Source of the DNA: a virus
DNA: 64,000 nucleotides
Strand: one strand, 5' to 3'
IMG/VR virus record: IMGVR_UViG_3300024999_000075
Location: 17,255-81,254 of that record
Part shown: positions 62,974-64,000 of the stretch, piece after piece
Position numbering within the stretch: the stretch's first letter is position 1
Layout of the letters: each line of letters starts with the position of its first letter
The notes under the pieces: generated by a model
The model's database searches: none
What the model was told of the DNA's origin: nothing
Seen by the model: only the letters and a program-made list of their open reading frames with translations
Translations under genes and position numbers: made by a program

Positions 62974-63213
62974 CTAAAGATCCCAGGTACAAATCAAATA
63001 ATCTTTTCTACCCGTAGGGTAATCCTTCCATGCTTGTACCTCTGTATACCAATAATCCAGAGTTCTCATCACAATATATGTTCCTACATAGTATTCTAGA
63101 CTATCCGATTGATACCAAGCTCCAGCAAATTTTACTCTTCCATCTTTTCTTACCAACCTATAACCAAATTCAACTCCTCCGTCAGCGGCACAGGTATCCC
63201 TAGATAGTGGCAT
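62974..63213 (-). CDS. Hypothetical protein resembling the Mu-transposase C-terminal beta domain
   Basis: RLVRKDGRVKFAGAWY...L..YVG..I.MR pattern. Confidence 0.4.
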   Translation of the reverse strand: MPLSRDTCAADGGVEFGYRLVRKDGRVKFAGAWYQSDSLEYYVGTYIVMRTLDYWYTEVQAWKDYPTGRKDYLICTWDL

Positions 63214-63363
63214 TTACCACCTCGTCAATCTCCTCATCAGTCATATCCTTAGCCGCAATTTGAATCCTATAGTCGTCAGACTTCCAGCCGTAGTCTTCCA
63301 GGTTTAGCTGGCGGCACCAAGTTTTATCAGGCCAGATGTAGATTATTTGGTGAGGTGTCATGG

Positions 63364-64000
63364 TCAATACTCTGCAATCCATTCTACATCTTCAAGACCA
63401 AAGCTCCCGTTCTTAGCCTTCCAACAATCTGTCTTCCTAGTTTCAAGGAAGTATTCCCGCTCCGTTGAAGGGCAGAAGCAATTTAAGAATAAGAAAGGGG
63501 ATGAATATCCATCAAGTGTAAAGCTGATAATACTCATTTGATAACCTTGATCATCTATGTCTGAGTGGATAGTTTTAAGGTTGGGCAAGTCTTTCATTTT
63601 TAGCTTGTCCATCCTCTCATAAGCCACTCGGCGTTGTTCCATATTGGCTATGGAAAATACTTCTGAAGCTATCAGTTGATCTCTCCTAACTTTATCAAAC
63701 ATCTCCTTAGGGAATTCAACATCATCTATTTTGTAAATGATGTCACCCGTCTTAGATAAGAGATATTCACTACATTTATCTGTCATATACCACCTGCCTT
63801 TTGAAGCAATATCCCATAAATGTTGTTGAGTCTCAAGGTGGAAGTCTGCTTCGACGTAGAGACTCCCACCAGCGCTGGTCAAGGCAGGAGCTTGGAAGTC
63901 TGCTCTGACGGAGAGATACCCACCAGCGCTGGTCAAGGCGGGGGCCTGGAAGTCTGCTTCGACAAAGAGATACCCACCCACACTGGTCAAGGCAGGAGCT
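63364..64000 (-). CDS. 18-aa repeat (LRR-like solenoid) protein, 5' end outside the window
   Basis: 54-bp period (gaagtctgct at 63841, 63895, 63949); C-terminal NMEQRRV...CPSTEREYFL domain. Confidence 0.75.
   Translation of the reverse strand, partial: APALTSVGGYLFVEADFQAPALTSAGGYLSVRADFQAPALTSAGGSLYVEADFHLETQQHLWDIASKGRWYMTDKCSEYLLSKTGDIIYKIDDVEFPKEMFDKVRRDQLIASEVFSIANMEQRRVAYERMDKLKMKDLPNLKTIHSDIDDQGYQMSIISFTLDGYSSPFLFLNCFCPSTEREYFLETRKTDCWKAKNGSFGLEDVEWIAEY

Noticed and set aside
1-64000. Stop-codon reassignment
   Set aside because: Core genes are full length in the standard code, and TAA, TAG and TGA all end genes.
1-64000. Integrated prophage with host flanks
   Set aside because: No integrase, repressor, att-like junction or run of housekeeping genes; host-like genes are embedded singly in phage operons. 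Lifestyle cannot be settled from a partial genome.

Overview
This 64 kb window is part of a tailed dsDNA bacteriophage (Caudoviricetes, siphovirus-like tail), with two convergent arms. The + arm (1-27.4 kb) holds the virion and lysis genes: S49 prohead protease, scaffold, decoration protein, major capsid, head-tail genes, tail tube, a frameshifting chaperone pair, a 1749-aa tape measure, tail tip/fibre, holin-like genes and a GH108 endolysin. The - arm (27.46-64 kb) holds replication and nucleotide genes: dNMP kinase, ATP-dependent ligase, SbcCD-like pair, RecU-like resolvase, Pol I-like polymerase, ExoX, SF2 helicase and ThyA-like enzyme, followed by many small early genes. No integrase, reverse transcriptase, CRISPR array or canonical tRNA was seen. 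The most notable items are: (1) a compositionally distinct cassette inside the lysis module encoding signal-peptide-bearing proteins, one fibre-like and one a polysaccharide-lyase-like 978-aa protein; (2) a PHA depolymerase/synthase-like Cys hydrolase; (3) a CCA-adding-family enzyme plus a degenerate tRNA-like RNA; (4) a promoter-stem-terminator sRNA/leader upstream of the ligase; (5) an orphan TAXI solute-binding protein; (6) two RHH + endonuclease modules; and (7) several recombination scars. All protein calls come from motif recognition by eye; no database searches were run.
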